Assembly (NCBI GenBank): GCA_021613535.1
Contig: CP075495.1
Coordinates: forward strand, 11,904,001 to 11,968,000
Origin: Adineta vaga
Lineage: Eukaryota; Animalia; Rotifera
Direction: 5' to 3'
Length of the DNA: 64,000 bases
Shown here: positions 25,864 through 39,700 of the stretch, one piece after another
How the letters are laid out: each line of letters begins with the position of its first letter
Position numbering within the stretch: the first letter of the stretch is position 1
Position numbers and translations under genes: made by a program
Notes under the pieces: model-generated
The model's input: the letters and a program-made list of their open reading frames with translations, nothing else
Databases searched by the model: none
Told to the model about the DNA's origin: nothing

Positions 25864-28800
25864 TTATTCTTGTTCTCGTGTTATTTGAAATTCTACTGGC
25901 ATATAGATTCGTTGCCAAACAATAACTTTTGTATTACCATCATCCATCAATTCAGATCTTACATGAACACAACCATTTTCATTATCACTAACTAATTCTG
26001 CATTATTCCAAGCACCTTGTAATATCATCCACATCGTTTCATTAAGCATAAAATCTGTCGTTGCAATACTTATACGAATTGTACCTGGTCCACGACCACG
26101 TACCATCGACATACATGGTTGTCCAAATGATCGTACAAGACCAAGATTAACATTGAGACGATCTTTTGAATAGCATGTATAACATGTTGTATCCGTATCA
26201 CGATCATAGAAAATATGAGTATCATCCTGTTTAGATAAAATAATTGAAGGTGGTAAATCAGATAAATCATCCGATGACCATGGATCATTTGATGTACGTG
26301 AAAATTCTTCCATCCATTCTTTTATGTGAACATTTCCAATAAGAATTGTATAAACAAATGAAGCAGTACTATCATCGACATTCAAATGTTCGATGTATCC
26401 AAGACCATAGTTATCTTTAGTTGTTTTGAAATATTTTTCATTATCTTCAAATATTGGTTCTCGAAATTTTTTTGATTTCATATCAACAATTGGATTTTGT
26501 TTTGAATCAATTAAATAATATGAATTACAATAGATCATTTCTTGTTCACTACGTTTTAATATAATTCGATATGATTGATTGGAATTTTCATTTGGATGTA
26601 AATAATAAGTTAATTTTCGATGATCAGTTATGGAATATAATTCATGATTATCAGATATTTTTTCATCAGGAAAATTTGTCATTTCTTCTTCGTTATTTAA
26701 CAGAAATGGTGTTTGTTCAAGTTTTTCTAAATTAGAAAAATTCGATTGAAATAATGTTGTAGCAACTGGTTGTTTTTGTTGTTGTAATAATTTAATGTTC
26801 GATGTTAATACAGTTATACGACCATCAAAACAATAAACTGAACGACGGAAAGCGATGTCCCCTACGAAAAAGTCATTACTAAACATGCCATCTCGATCTG
26901 ATATTGATGTTCCCCCAGCTAACCAATTCTTAGCTGTTAAATTACAATAACCTTCGAATAATTCAGAACGTGGTTTTATGAGACATGTTGTACCTGGCCT
27001 GAAGTTTACAAACAGATATGTAATTACATAAAGATATTCGATTATATACAAACCAATGAGACCAGTGCCAACCCGGAAATGCACAACCAGCATTAGAATA
27101 CTTAACTATACCTTGATTATCTGCTGGAACAATAAATATCGAACAATTACGAACATATTTTCCATAATTATTTGAATCTGATAACCAACCTACAGACAAG
27201 AAAACCTTGTAAGATTTCGAAAGAGAAATCGATTGATATTACCATAAATTTCCAAACCACGTCGATTTTTACCCATACCAACAATAGCAGCAAAGAAATT
27301 TTCACGTCGATGAATACAAGCAGCTGTTGAATTGAGTGTTAAATGACCTTCAAGTGAAACTGGATCAATACCACTAAATACAAAGATAAACAATGATTTG
27401 ATTAATATACATAAGAAAGTTTACAATGAAATCTATGTATATCTATTTACTCTTTAATATAAGTCGCAGCAGTTTTATCATTTTTTGGACACATATTCAC
27501 GAGCATTCCAGCAATAAATGGATCATAACTATGATCTTGATCACAAATGCATACACATTTTTTCGTCATGTTAATGCCATTACATGCAATACATTTTCCT
27601 AGAATGAAAAGGATATGTTCTTCTATATTCTCTTCGTTTTTATCCATTATTGAAAATCTTACCAGCACGTGCATTGAGATTTGGTGGAATTTTATCATTT
27701 TCAATTAAACAAAAATCTAATGTATGAACACAACGTCGAAGAATACGACGAATATTATCAGAAAACCGTAATCCTGTATCATTCATATCCGATGCAAAGT
27801 TTAAAATATCCGGTAATGAATAAGATGTATATTCAAAATGACACATCCAATGATGATGAACGGTTCCATCTAAAAATGAATCATTGGGTTAATATTTATT
27901 AGGAATAAAACTAGTATCATTACCTAAAGCTAATGGTTCATGAATACGATTTTCAAATGAATAATCCAAAACATATCGAAATGCAATAAGACGTCGAATC
28001 ATTTCATTTTGATCAGGAATACAAACAATTAATCGAGACTAGAAGTAATCAATTAGTTTTCCCTATCTCTAGTAACTAAAACGTAAATATTACATACAAC
28101 ATTGGTTAAATAATTATGAATTATATCTGTATTCATTGTTGACGTTTGTTTTTCAGTAAGTAAACATCCATACATAATCCATATAGCTGATGTTATCATT
28201 GATTGTAAACGATTCACTTCATTTAATTGATCACGAATGTAAACAAGACACATTGGAAAATTTCGAATTTCATATCCTAAAATAAAATTATCGATCCATT
28301 GAAAGATATTTTCTATTTCTTATTATTTTTTTTGTCTAAAATTACCAATATCTAAATGACCTTCAATATTCATATTTCCTTCAGACCATCCTTGTTCTAC
28401 TAAATAATCACATAATTGAAGTAATAATGTCCAAACTTGTTGACCTTCTTCACTTTCAAATGTTTTTTGATGTCGATGACATTGATATGTTGTAGCTGTT
28501 CGTTTTAATGGACCCAATAGAAATGGTTGAATATCCATTGCATTCGTTGGTGAATAAAATCCACCTTTACCCAATGGAATATTCGAAATAGTATTCGATT
28601 TTATTCCATAAACTTCAACCGATTCTTGTAACTTTTTTAAAGGTTCTGGTTTTGTACTCGGCGACCTAGAAAAATAGCAACATCGTTCCTGATAGATTTT
28701 CGAATTTTCCTCTACCATGTTCCATAAGGTAAACTTCTAAGCCATCGTTCTTTTAATTTATTCATATCATCGTCAGTAATATTCACTTGTTGTTCTACTA

Positions 28801-29377
28801 ACCATGAACGATTAGAAAAGAAATTCTTTGGATCAAATAACCATGTTGATGGATCATCATCCAATCGTTTGATATTCTCTGGTGTTGCCCAGGGTTGTTG
28901 ATAATCAGCTTGTGGTCCAACTGCATGTGTATAGTCGAAATTAATAGCATTTAAAAAATAGATACCATCAGAAATATTCGATAGTAAAGTTAAACGAATG
29001 CCATGAATTCGATTTAAATTAGCTTTAAATTGAGGCAAAAGAGCATAACGTAAACCTATTGGTCGCCAACCGTAAAAATTAATATGGTACCAAATATGAG
29101 CAATAGGTTGACTGTCAGTTTCAGTTAAAAATTCAATACATAACGGTTGTAATGAATTATTTTCATCTACTTTCGGTGCTTGATTACTATATAACCAAAG
29201 AGCAAAACATTTATTATTTGTCCATTTGATCGATCGGAAGGCATCAGGATTTGTGTATGTCAATGATGACGAAGATCCTACTTCCCATTTCAGACTTGAT
29301 GTACCATGTTTATATCGTTCTGTTGAAACGCTTATTTGACTATCAATCGCATGCCAATATCGTAGATCGTCGTTCAT
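25864..29377 (-). CDS. Polysaccharide lyase family 8, chondroitin sulfate ABC lyase-like (bacterial-type); 9 exons
   Basis: Lyase_N-like ISVSTERYKHGTSSLKW...INFYGWR; GWSEG...HLDIGYEIR; DGTVHHHWMCHFEY; LNARAG; IHRRENFFAAIVGMGKNRRGLEIYG...NNYGKY; GWHWSHWPGTT; HNYG-like DNYG. Eight short GT-AG introns restore the frame. Confidence 0.85.
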
Positions 29378-29838
29378 GAGACTACGAAATTATTTGTCTA
29401 TGATTAAAGAAAAAAACGGAATGATTAATATTCAAATATGAAATCAAGGTGTACACTGGATCAAATGTATATCGAGGGAAAAAAAGAAAGATCGATTTGT
29501 TTTTGTTTTTTTCGTTCTTATATTTGTTTTTTTCTCCTTTTATTAATGATTCAAAATGAAAATCGCATGAAATGATAAGTAAAAATTGTTAGCAAGCAAA
29601 GTGCGCTTGTTTAAATGTCAATCGAATTTCTAAAAAAAGTAAAACAAATGTTCCCTTTCTCTGTTTCACTATTCTATATACACATCGTTCACAAAAAAAA
29701 ACACGAGGATAAGAAATCGAAATAAGTATATTAGTAAGTAAAAATAAATTGATGAATGAAAAGAAAAAAATCAACGTTTATTTATGTGTGTGTGTGTGTT
29801 TTTTTTTTCAGATAAAAAGAATAGAATTGTGAGAGGAG

Positions 29839-32746
29839 TTAACTTTTTACTACGTTCATATCACTGGCCATAAGACAAGCAAAAACTGTTAAAAGCATTT
29901 TCTGTTTCGTTTCGACAATATCATCCGGTAATGCATAAATACGTGCACCAATTTTTCGTGCCATTGATATAGCATATAAAGCATTGTCCATCTTAGCCTA
30001 AAATGAATGGAAATAGAAACAGAAAACATCGTCTAGGATAAATATACATCAGCAGTGCCGGATGTTTTCAGAAGATTGTATTGAATTGAGCCAGGTTTAA
30101 TAGCATCAATTAAGTCACATATAAGCATCGAATCACTCAATGATTGATCTTGAAAATTTGTTAGAAATCTTGTTTTATTCGCTGATTTCAACTATTTAAA
30201 TAAAACAAATAAGATTTTATTTTTGACATCAAGTTAATCTTACTTTGTCATTGGCCCAATTAATAATATCTTTATCAGCAATAGGTGTCGATGATTTTGC
30301 TAATTTCTGTAATATAGATAATGTATACGCACGCATAATTTGCCAAACAAGACCAAGTGTTAATGTTTTATTTCCTTCCAATATGTCAGGTCCACCGATA
30401 CCAGTCATTTTAAATCGAAGTGGTTCTTTTGCATAATCCACAGCAAAATTACAATTATCTAAAAATATAAGATCATTCTTCAAACCAAATTCTATTCGAA
30501 ACATACTCAATTTTTGAAAACGTTCTTTAATTGCATTGAATCTCTTATAGATTTTCGACCAATCAACTGTAGTCGGGCGAATAATATCATAGAGCTAGAA
30601 AGTCATTTCATAGATTGAGTCTTTTCCTTTGAATAAAACAGAAACACAACTTTACTTGAAGAATAATCAAACCATCACATAGATCTGAATAAAGATAGTT
30701 CACATGTGGTTCAAGACCCAAACTATTAATAAAATTTCGATAAGTTTTTTCTTCACGAGTTTCTTCGATCACAACACCGGCTTCCGGTACTTGTTCTGTC
30801 GGAAGATCTAATGCTGGATATGTATTGAATAGATTTGCCACGAAACTAGAAGAATTAAAATAAAACTTGCCCTGTTCTTTAGAGAAGATAGATTTCTTTC
30901 ACTCTCTTACGCGAAATTAAGTCTTGGATTTCCTTTAACAACATCTTCAGGTGTTATATGTGCTCTTGCTTTGATTTTATCAGCTTCTTGTAACATTAGC
31001 TCAGCACGACGACGTAAATCACTTTCCTAGATCGAGAAAAAAACATGAAGCATGATTAAATATTTACTTATTCAAACAAAAAACAAATTTAACAGCAAAT
31101 CACACGAGAAAAACTGTACTGATCGTGCGGCATCAATCTTAGAAAAATGTACACAAAATTACCGATATATTAAATTCTATTAAGCAATTTCAAGAAAATA
31201 AACTTTATGAAAACTTTTTTTCATAACTTACCTTTAATGGACCAAGTCCTACAGGTGGTTTGGTATCATCTGGAGCAATAACACTTAGAAGATATGTATA
31301 TGCTTCCGAATCCTATGTTAGAAATAGTTTTTCTCATGATTATGAAGAAATGTTAAGAATAAGAAAACTGACTTTAATATCATTACTAAAATTCGATACT
31401 TGTTTGCCTTTATATTGTGTACGTTGAAGTTGATAATTGACCCAACGTAATAATAATTCTTCAGGAGATAATTTTAATAGATCTTCCGCAGTTTCACCAT
31501 CACGAAGTAGTAAAACAAGACCAGGAACATGTTTTAAATTGATTTCACTGGTTAATTGAATCTAAATTTGAACAAAAGTGTTATCGATAGAAACAACAAT
31601 GAAATTATTTCCACTATTTACTCGAATTATTTGCCAAAGAAGGCCCATAACAAGATGTGGTACAGCTTTCGAAATATTCTCAGGATGAATATTCACTACT
31701 TTACAACCAATACCTCGAGCAGAATTAATTGCTATTGTGTAAAAAGAAATAAGTTTTATTAATATATACTATCATCGTGATCATCAAATCTATTTACCTA
31801 ATTCTAAATTTTCACTTTGACGAAATATATCTTGTTTCGATAGATTTAAATTAATAGCTCGTTCGTCAATGGTTTTCGGTACAGCAATATTAATTAATTT
31901 ACTAGAACAAAATTAACGTTTTCAAAAGAAAAAAGAAATAAAATTAAAAAAAATCTTCATACCAGAGTAAAATGCCATCTTGGCATCTTTTATAAAGTGC
32001 CTGAGCATCTTGTGAATCAATAGGACTTGTACGTAAATTTAAATGTGCATCGTCAACTAAAAGTCTAGAAACAAAACAGAAATTAATTATACTTTTTAAA
32101 AGAAAGATTGAAGAAATATATACTGATTTATCCAATTAGCTGTCCAAACACGTTCTTCAACTAATACACTATGGTATGGACCTGATGCTTCTTGTTTTTG
32201 TTCGACAGCAGATGCTGTTGAATCTACATCATCATTTGCATCACGACGAGTTGTAACGAATCGATCTAGACCACCAGCTGTTGGTTTCACAGATCGACCC
32301 CATGTGCTACCTGGATCTTTTTCCACACGTAATTTTAAATATATCTATGAAAAAGAATTCATAATTCTCACAAAATAAAAAATTAACAATGATTACTTAC
32401 ATCTTCAAATTCTTCTTTACTCATATGACCATCTTTATTTCGATCATGTGTTTCCAAAATTTTATTTAATTCAAATTTTTGAACTTTAATTCCCAATTTT
32501 TGTAACATTTCATGTATTTCAGAAAATGAAATATTACCCTAGAAATAGCGATGGATTATTTAATCAAGAAAAAAAGTCAATTGATTTTACTTTTTCAAAT
32601 TTTTCTTGTATTTCAGATGATTGCCATTGTTCAGGTTGAATCCATCGACTTTCACGAATATTTGCTTTCAGATCATTTGAATTGTTATCATTTGTATTAT
32701 TCGATCGATTGGAATTTGGATTTCGATAGTTTGAAAATGAAGCCAT
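29839..32746 (-). CDS. Plastin/fimbrin (EF-hands plus four calponin-homology domains)
   Basis: [15 protein letters not shown]-hand; [11 protein letters not shown]; CQDGILL; [11 protein letters not shown]; [15 protein letters not shown]; [17 protein letters not shown]; [17 protein letters not shown]; [35 protein letters not shown]. Confidence 0.95.
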
Positions 32747-33489
32747 TTTTGAGATTCAAGAAAGCGAAACGTACATACACAAATTAAAGTCAATTGTCAG
32801 AAGCAGTTATATATATATATATATATAGAATCTAAAACTAAAGTAAATCATACATTTACATGTTTTTCTATTTCGATGGTTTATTAATAATTGCTTCTGA
32901 TTTTGTTCTATATAAACGAATCTGTAAAAACTGAGGTGTAAAATATGATTTTTTATAAAAGAAGGTTAACACTTGCTATTTTAAATCGATAGAAATAAAA
33001 TGTCATTGTACTTATCAACGATGGAAGAATATTTTTATCGTTAGAAAGTAAAATAATTTTTTGTTCTCAATCAGCGAGAAGAAGAAGAAGAAGAACGAAA
33101 AGAAAAGAAAAAAAAGCTTCACAATTCATTCTATACTTATTTTGACTAGAATCGAGAGACGACAACAACAACTCACATTGAATACAATCAGAATTAAGTA
33201 AATACTAATCTCATTTTTTTTCATTGATTGTGGATGTGCTTCCTTAGACATTTCTCTTCTTTGTAACCTTACAGGTAGGCAACAATTCTAACAGGATATA
33301 TATATCTTTAAATGAATAGAAGTATGCACAAATGTGCACATTCACTTTCTCATCAATCAAATACTAATCAAATGATAGACATGTGTTCGTCTGATTTTTA
33401 TTCTTCTCTTCGTTTCTTTTCAATAAGTTATTGACGAAATACATCATTTATTTCTTTCGCTTTTCTTTTCTGTCTTTTTGCCTAATCAA

Positions 33490-34272
33490 TCAATATTGTT
33501 TGGTATTTATTGATAATCGATGTGTATTCATCAATCGATCCCATACATTAAAAAATGATCCATAATTCCATTTACCATGTTGATGATGAAAATCATGTCC
33601 TAATGCACCTGACATAATCCATGGAACCCAATATTGAGTACTAATATAAGGAAAATTATAACCTGAATGAGCATTGACTGTTTGATAAACACGTATTGCA
33701 ATCCAAAGACATAATGTAAATATATGTTTTTCTTTTAATAAAACTGGCATAAACCAAATTGCAATTTGATTTTGTAAACTTTCCCATGGATCACTTAAAA
33801 CTGAAACAACACCAGTTGGTTGTGTATAGACATGATGTTTTTTATGTATAGTTTTATATAACCAGGGTGTATGTAAGAAATAATGCGTCCAAAAGAAGAT
33901 TGCATCTTCAGAAAGAATGAAGAGCATAAGTTGATAGACAATCGTTAACCATGATGGTCGAGGTCCGTGAATATCAAGATAACCAAAGTAATTTAAAAGG
34001 TAATAGAGTAATGGTGTAAGAACGAAAAATGATATTTGGTGACGAATTGTTTCTTTAATCATTAATTTAACTAAATCAGGTTGAAAACGTAATTTTTTCT
34101 TATGTTTTTGTATACGATATTTATCAATTGATGGAAAATCATAGAGTTCAATAAAGATTAAAAAACTATTACATGACCAAAAAATACATTGAAATGTTCC
34201 AATTAAATAGATATAAAATAACCAAAGATCTGATTGAAAAAATGACTTCGATGATAACTGAGTCGTATTCAT
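33490..34272 (-). CDS. Fatty acid hydroxylase / sterol desaturase superfamily protein (methylsterol monooxygenase-like); intronless
   Basis: Histidine boxes HYFLH, HKKHH, AHSGY, HDFHH; NYGSFFNVWDRLMNT; hydrophobic segments. Confidence 0.9.
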   Translation of the reverse strand: MNTTQLSSKSFFQSDLWLFYIYLIGTFQCIFWSCNSFLIFIELYDFPSIDKYRIQKHKKKLRFQPDLVKLMIKETIRHQISFFVLTPLLYYLLNYFGYLDIHGPRPSWLTIVYQLMLFILSEDAIFFWTHYFLHTPWLYKTIHKKHHVYTQPTGVVSVLSDPWESLQNQIAIWFMPVLLKEKHIFTLCLWIAIRVYQTVNAHSGYNFPYISTQYWVPWIMSGALGHDFHHQHGKWNYGSFFNVWDRLMNTHRLSINTKQY

Positions 34273-34691
34273 TGCGAACGTTTTAGTTACACTTCTTTTT
34301 CGATAAAATAAACTATAGACTTACCTTGTATGCATATATATATGTATATATATGATTTGGTTGTGATAACGAAAGAACAGATAAAATAAAATTAAAACGA
34401 GAATATTGATGAACAAAAAGAGGACGATAATCAAAATGATATTTTTTGCTACAAATGGGAACTACTATACTAATTAAGTGAGACATCTTAAGGACGATTT
34501 TTGAAGAGAAAAGGACGATGATTTCTAGTTTTTTTAATAAAAAAAATTCATGATTCATCAATATTCGGTTTCTCTGTTGATATCATTCATTAATTGACCT
34601 ATGTATATTATGTTCGACAGATGTCTATTCATGTCGGATATAAAACAATATTTATTTATTATATATATTTTTTTTTCAGAATGAATAACTT

Positions 34692-36108
34692 TTAATTTGT
34701 TTGTTTAATAGCAAACATACATGTTACATCTTCACCGGGTTTAATTAGAGCTCGAATGTTTAATATCGATTCATTATTCAAATCTTGTTTGATAGATATA
34801 TTTGGTGAAGATTTATATTTGATTGTTAATATTGTATTACGATAACCACCATTGATGATTAATGTAACGGAGACGATTTGATTTTCTTTTCGATTTGAAA
34901 TAGTAACATTAATATTAAGATCTTGTCCGTAGGTAGGTGTTTGTCGAATAGCTGTAGCAACACTTATTATATTATATTTAATATCAGGATCATTTCCTAA
35001 ATTAATCCTTTGTTGTGTTTGTTTTGATGTATCCGGTAAACGACTTTGACCTAAAGTTAATCCAGTTGATGCTGAATAGAATGTTATCGTACCAGCTGGT
35101 AAAAAATCAGCTGGTTCAATAATAAATATACGTTGAAATAAACCGGATGTTACACCAGTAGATAAATATATTGTCATTTCTAATGTATAATTTAATTTTA
35201 TTGTTGTTGAAAGAAACGGAAAGGTTTTAATTGATTTCGGCAGAAGAATAAATTCATGTGTGATATTATATGAATAAGTACCAAAAGTAGTTGCATCAGG
35301 TTTTGATGATATCGATGTTGGAGAATCAGCCATAGGACTTGCCATATATTCTATACGCTGAGAATCAATTGATGATGTTGGTGATCGAAGAGATGTCGAT
35401 GCTAATGGAACAGTTCCAGTAATCAATTGAGCATTTGTAATAGTATAAGAACGTTCATGTTCATTATTAATATCCGCTAAAGCTCGAAGACTGGCAACTA
35501 GAATGAGAAAAATAAATACAAATTCAATGAAAAATAGAACATACAATAATTATCAGTAACAATCACTTCATATCTTGGTGTCCACCAGAGACCACGAGAT
35601 AAATAAGCCATAATTGTTGCTCTTACATTTCTATCATCTAATCGGACAGATAAAATCATTCCATTCATACCTGGATCTTTATTAAATTCAATTTGATCAC
35701 GTGAGACATAACTATATCGTAATGAATTATATTTTACCAATAATAAATAAGGATCAATCAATTGTGCTTTTATTGTTTGATTATTTTCACATTGATTTAA
35801 ACGAATATAAACATCTGTATCACGTAAATCTTCATTAGAATTATATAAATCTTGTTCAATAATTCTTCGTCCTGGAAAATCAATCGTTCCTCTAATGACG
35901 AAAGAAACAAATTACTAAACGTAAGATATCTTTTATTTAAAACTCACGGTACAATACTATTATATTCTTGATCGGTAAAATATGTTCGAAAATATCCATC
36001 ATTTAAAAAAATTTCTCGACGAAATTGTCCAAGTGATGTATAGAAATTCAATTGCAATGCCGAATTGATTGATAAATAGAGAGCAAAAGAACAAATTTGA
36101 AACAACAT
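34692..36108 (-). CDS. DUF4139-like secreted protein; 3 exons
   Basis: ATG 36108 gives signal-like MLFQICSFALYLSINSALQLNFY. Introns ~35948-35892 and ~35543-35498. Motifs AYLSRGLWWTPRYEV, LRALADINN...AQLITG and FLPAGTITFY...LGQSRLPDT...INLGNDPDI resemble DUF4139 (recalled, not searched). Confidence 0.6.
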
Positions 36109-36732
36109 TGTGAATATTATTCAATTAGAAATGATAACGAAAGAAAAAGAAAATAACATCAATGACATTTACTTATTATTCGCTTTTCTTTCAATGAATA
36201 AAACAAATTTATTTTAGTCAAATAATTATTCAAAAGACGAAAGAAAAATAATCTCTCCTTCTTTTTTTCTCCTACTCTAGTCTATCTTTTTGTTGCGCAA
36301 ATATCTCGTAGGATGTACGAGGACAATCATACATTTCTTTATTCGTATTTTCAAATAGGATAAAAGGTCAATATTTAATACATAAAGCCTGTTCTTCCTC
36401 CTACTTCAAAGCACGTTTTTATTCTTTAAAATAAAGACTGTGTTTCGCCATTATTATTTGTTTATCTAAATATGTTTTCTCGAGGTCAACATAATAAGAC
36501 AAACCTTAACATACCCATTAGTTCGTCCGTCGTACCTATGTAGAGAAAGAGAGAGAGAGCGACAACGAACCGCACATCATATTCATTTTTCTCATTAGTT
36601 CTGAATAAAGCTTTTGATATGTATATACACAAGTATGAGGAAAAAACCGTAATATTAAATATGTGAATACATATTACAAAAAAAAAACACATAAAAAATC
36701 AAGTCTCTTTTTTTCTACGTTAGAATCTTTTA

Positions 36733-39700
36733 TCATCGAACACGAATTGATGAACTACCACGAACGGAATTATGTTTCTTTCGCGGTTCAACAATATTAT
36801 TCGATAATTCACTTGCTTTTGGTGAATTGTTAAGTTTTTCCTAAATGAAAAAGCAAAAACTTTTCAAACTAATCTTTGGTTTTTTCATCTCTCAATATTA
36901 CCTTTGCTTCATCTGGCATGAAAGGAATTGAATTAAGATTAGCATTTAATTCTTCACCATTTTCTTTTTGTTTAATCATCATTAAAGCAATATCAATTGG
37001 AAGTGTAAACCAAATCATATGCTTATAGTTATCTGGCACATTTAACGGAGGATCAGATGTATAATCAATTGCATCAAATGCACGACGTACAGCATCAGCA
37101 GCCATTAATTTTGCTTCACGAAATGGATCCTTTGAAAATGATAAAGAATAGATTAAAAAATAATGATGAAAATAGATCAGTTTATACATACCATTTTCTC
37201 TCCACGAGCTGGCATTGTTTGTTTTTTACTACTATAGTATTGCATTTTACCAGATTTATAAGTAATATCTCTAAGACTTGTTTGAGCTAATGAAAAACCA
37301 CTACGATGACTCCAACCAGCTGTAACTGGATTATAGGTATACTAAATAATAAGAAGAATCAATAATAGATCTAGATTTTCATTTCATACTTACTAGTGGT
37401 AAAAATTTCCATCCGTCTGTAGCTACAAATTGAACAGCATGAAGAATATATTCAATTTCATAATCATTAGCAAAGAATGATAAATTAAGACGTGTAAAAC
37501 CTGGTCTAAAATATAAATTCATAATAAAAACTAACAATAAAGACAGATCTATTATTTACTTCATCATTACAGTTCGAACAATATTATCATCACCTCGTGC
37601 ACTAGAATAAAACAAAAAGAGGAAATAAATATTTTATTGAAAACTTTCTTTGAACAAACCAAGCATCTTCAGTCATAAATTTGCAATAAATATCTGTTTT
37701 AGCATTATCGATATTCAATAAATCCAGTGCATATGGTCCTGCACAAGCACAACCAGATCGAACTTGTATACCAAATAGATCATTTAATAGAAGACAAACA
37801 AAATTATGATGCAAATATTTGCATACACCTGGTACATAGATAAGAAAAGAGAAGATTGGTATACGTGGAACTATCTGAGATCCGAGAAGAATTAATGTGT
37901 CATTTTTTTTAAAACGTCGATAAAAGCGTTTACAAAGTTCATCTTCACGTGTTTGTAAATAATTCATATCAATTGCATCTTTCAATTGAAAAACAAGTCC
38001 AGCACGTATACAACCGACTATATCCGGTGTGCCACCTTCTTCACGAGTTTCAATATTATGATTATATTCATGGCATGTACGAGTAACGAAATTAACGGTA
38101 CCACCACCACAAGCTTTTGGAGCTTTTAGACTAAATAAAGATTTTTTTGCAATTAATATGCCTATAGAAAGCAAAACAATGTCGTCGTTTTTCTTTTGTC
38201 GAAAAATCAAAAATCAAATTTCTAACCTGGTGTGCCTGGTCCACCAACAAATTTATGTGTAGAAATAAATATTGCATCTTTATAACCAGTTGCGGAAGAA
38301 TTCATATCAATTTTCACATAAGGTGCTGCTGTAGCATAATCCCAAAGAACAAAGCCAGAATGTTCATGAACCAATGTTGATATAGCTTCGACATCAGTTA
38401 GAATTCCACTGATATTACTAGCAGCATTCAATGAACATATAATACGTTTATTTAATTTTGAATAATGTTTTAATTGTTCTTCTAATACTGCTTTATCAAG
38501 TATACCTTGTTGTGTTGTTGGAATGCGGATCATCTTCATGAGAAAAGAAAGGAAAAGAAAATGTGATAATAAAATAATGAAAGAAACTTTCTAATTCTGA
38601 ACTCACTTCAACACCTGTTTCTTTCCATGGTAATATATTACTATGATGTTCAAATGTACTGATAATAACAACTGTATTATTTCGAATAGCTTCATCCTGA
38701 AGATGAAAATTAACAACAAGTGTATGCACAGCACCTGTTGAACCAGTACCAGTAAATAATAGAACATCATCATCATTGGCATTAACAGATTTTTTAATAA
38801 TAAAACGAGCTTCTTCACGAAATTTAGTTGATTGTTGTGCACATAAACTTGTTTCACTATGTGTATTACCATAGCTATATTACGAAATACAAAGAAACAA
38901 ACGAATAAATTTGATAAAAAGAAAATAATCGATTTAAATTTTATCTTACAGAGGTAAAACGGTACTTTTAATATAAGTTTCAATGAAGTGTAATGGTCGA
39001 CCTGATGCTGTATAATCACAATAGATCACTGCAAAATGGGAAAGAGAATAAATATTAGGAAATAATTAATTGAAAAAAAAAAGAAAAACAAAATAACATA
39101 CTTCGTCTAAAACCCCATGGTCCTTGAAAGATATAATCTTTCCCAATAACATTTTCTTCAATATACTGAAGAAGCTTAGGACGAAGTGAAACACTTGAAG
39201 TTGTTTTTGCTGATGAACTATGAGTTGTAGTTGTTGGAATAACAGGCGTCATCGTTCCAAATCCACCATTACTACTTACTGATGGAAGATGTTCTTTTGT
39301 TGGCTGTTTAACTTTTGACAGTTCTGTTCGACTTATGGAGTGACGTCGTTTTTTTGCTGTTAATGCCACCAATGTCAATGATTTTGGATTGACTGTACGT
39401 GGCTGATAATGAATAGTAGGGGAAAAAAAAGTTTAGTTAATTTATCGCATAAATAACATAGAATCGAGCGAGGGAAGAGAGACAAGAAGACATCGAATCG
39501 AAATGTATCATGTTTTGTTAGTAGGAAAAAAAGCGCCATGTATGTATTGTTTGTTTATTTTTACCTCAGATGGATCTTCATTTTCACTGGAAGGTGAATC
39601 GGATTCATAACAACTTGAACCACTGTGAAGACGTTGCCGCTGTTGATGATTGTCAGATGATGATTGTCGTTTTGAATGATATTGATGATGACGACACAAT

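Noticed and set aside
28660-28720. Apparent frameshifts between consecutive lyase ORFs (also ~27000-27055, and NDUFAF1 ~24810)
   Set aside because: Each is explained by a short canonical GT-AG intron that restores the frame.
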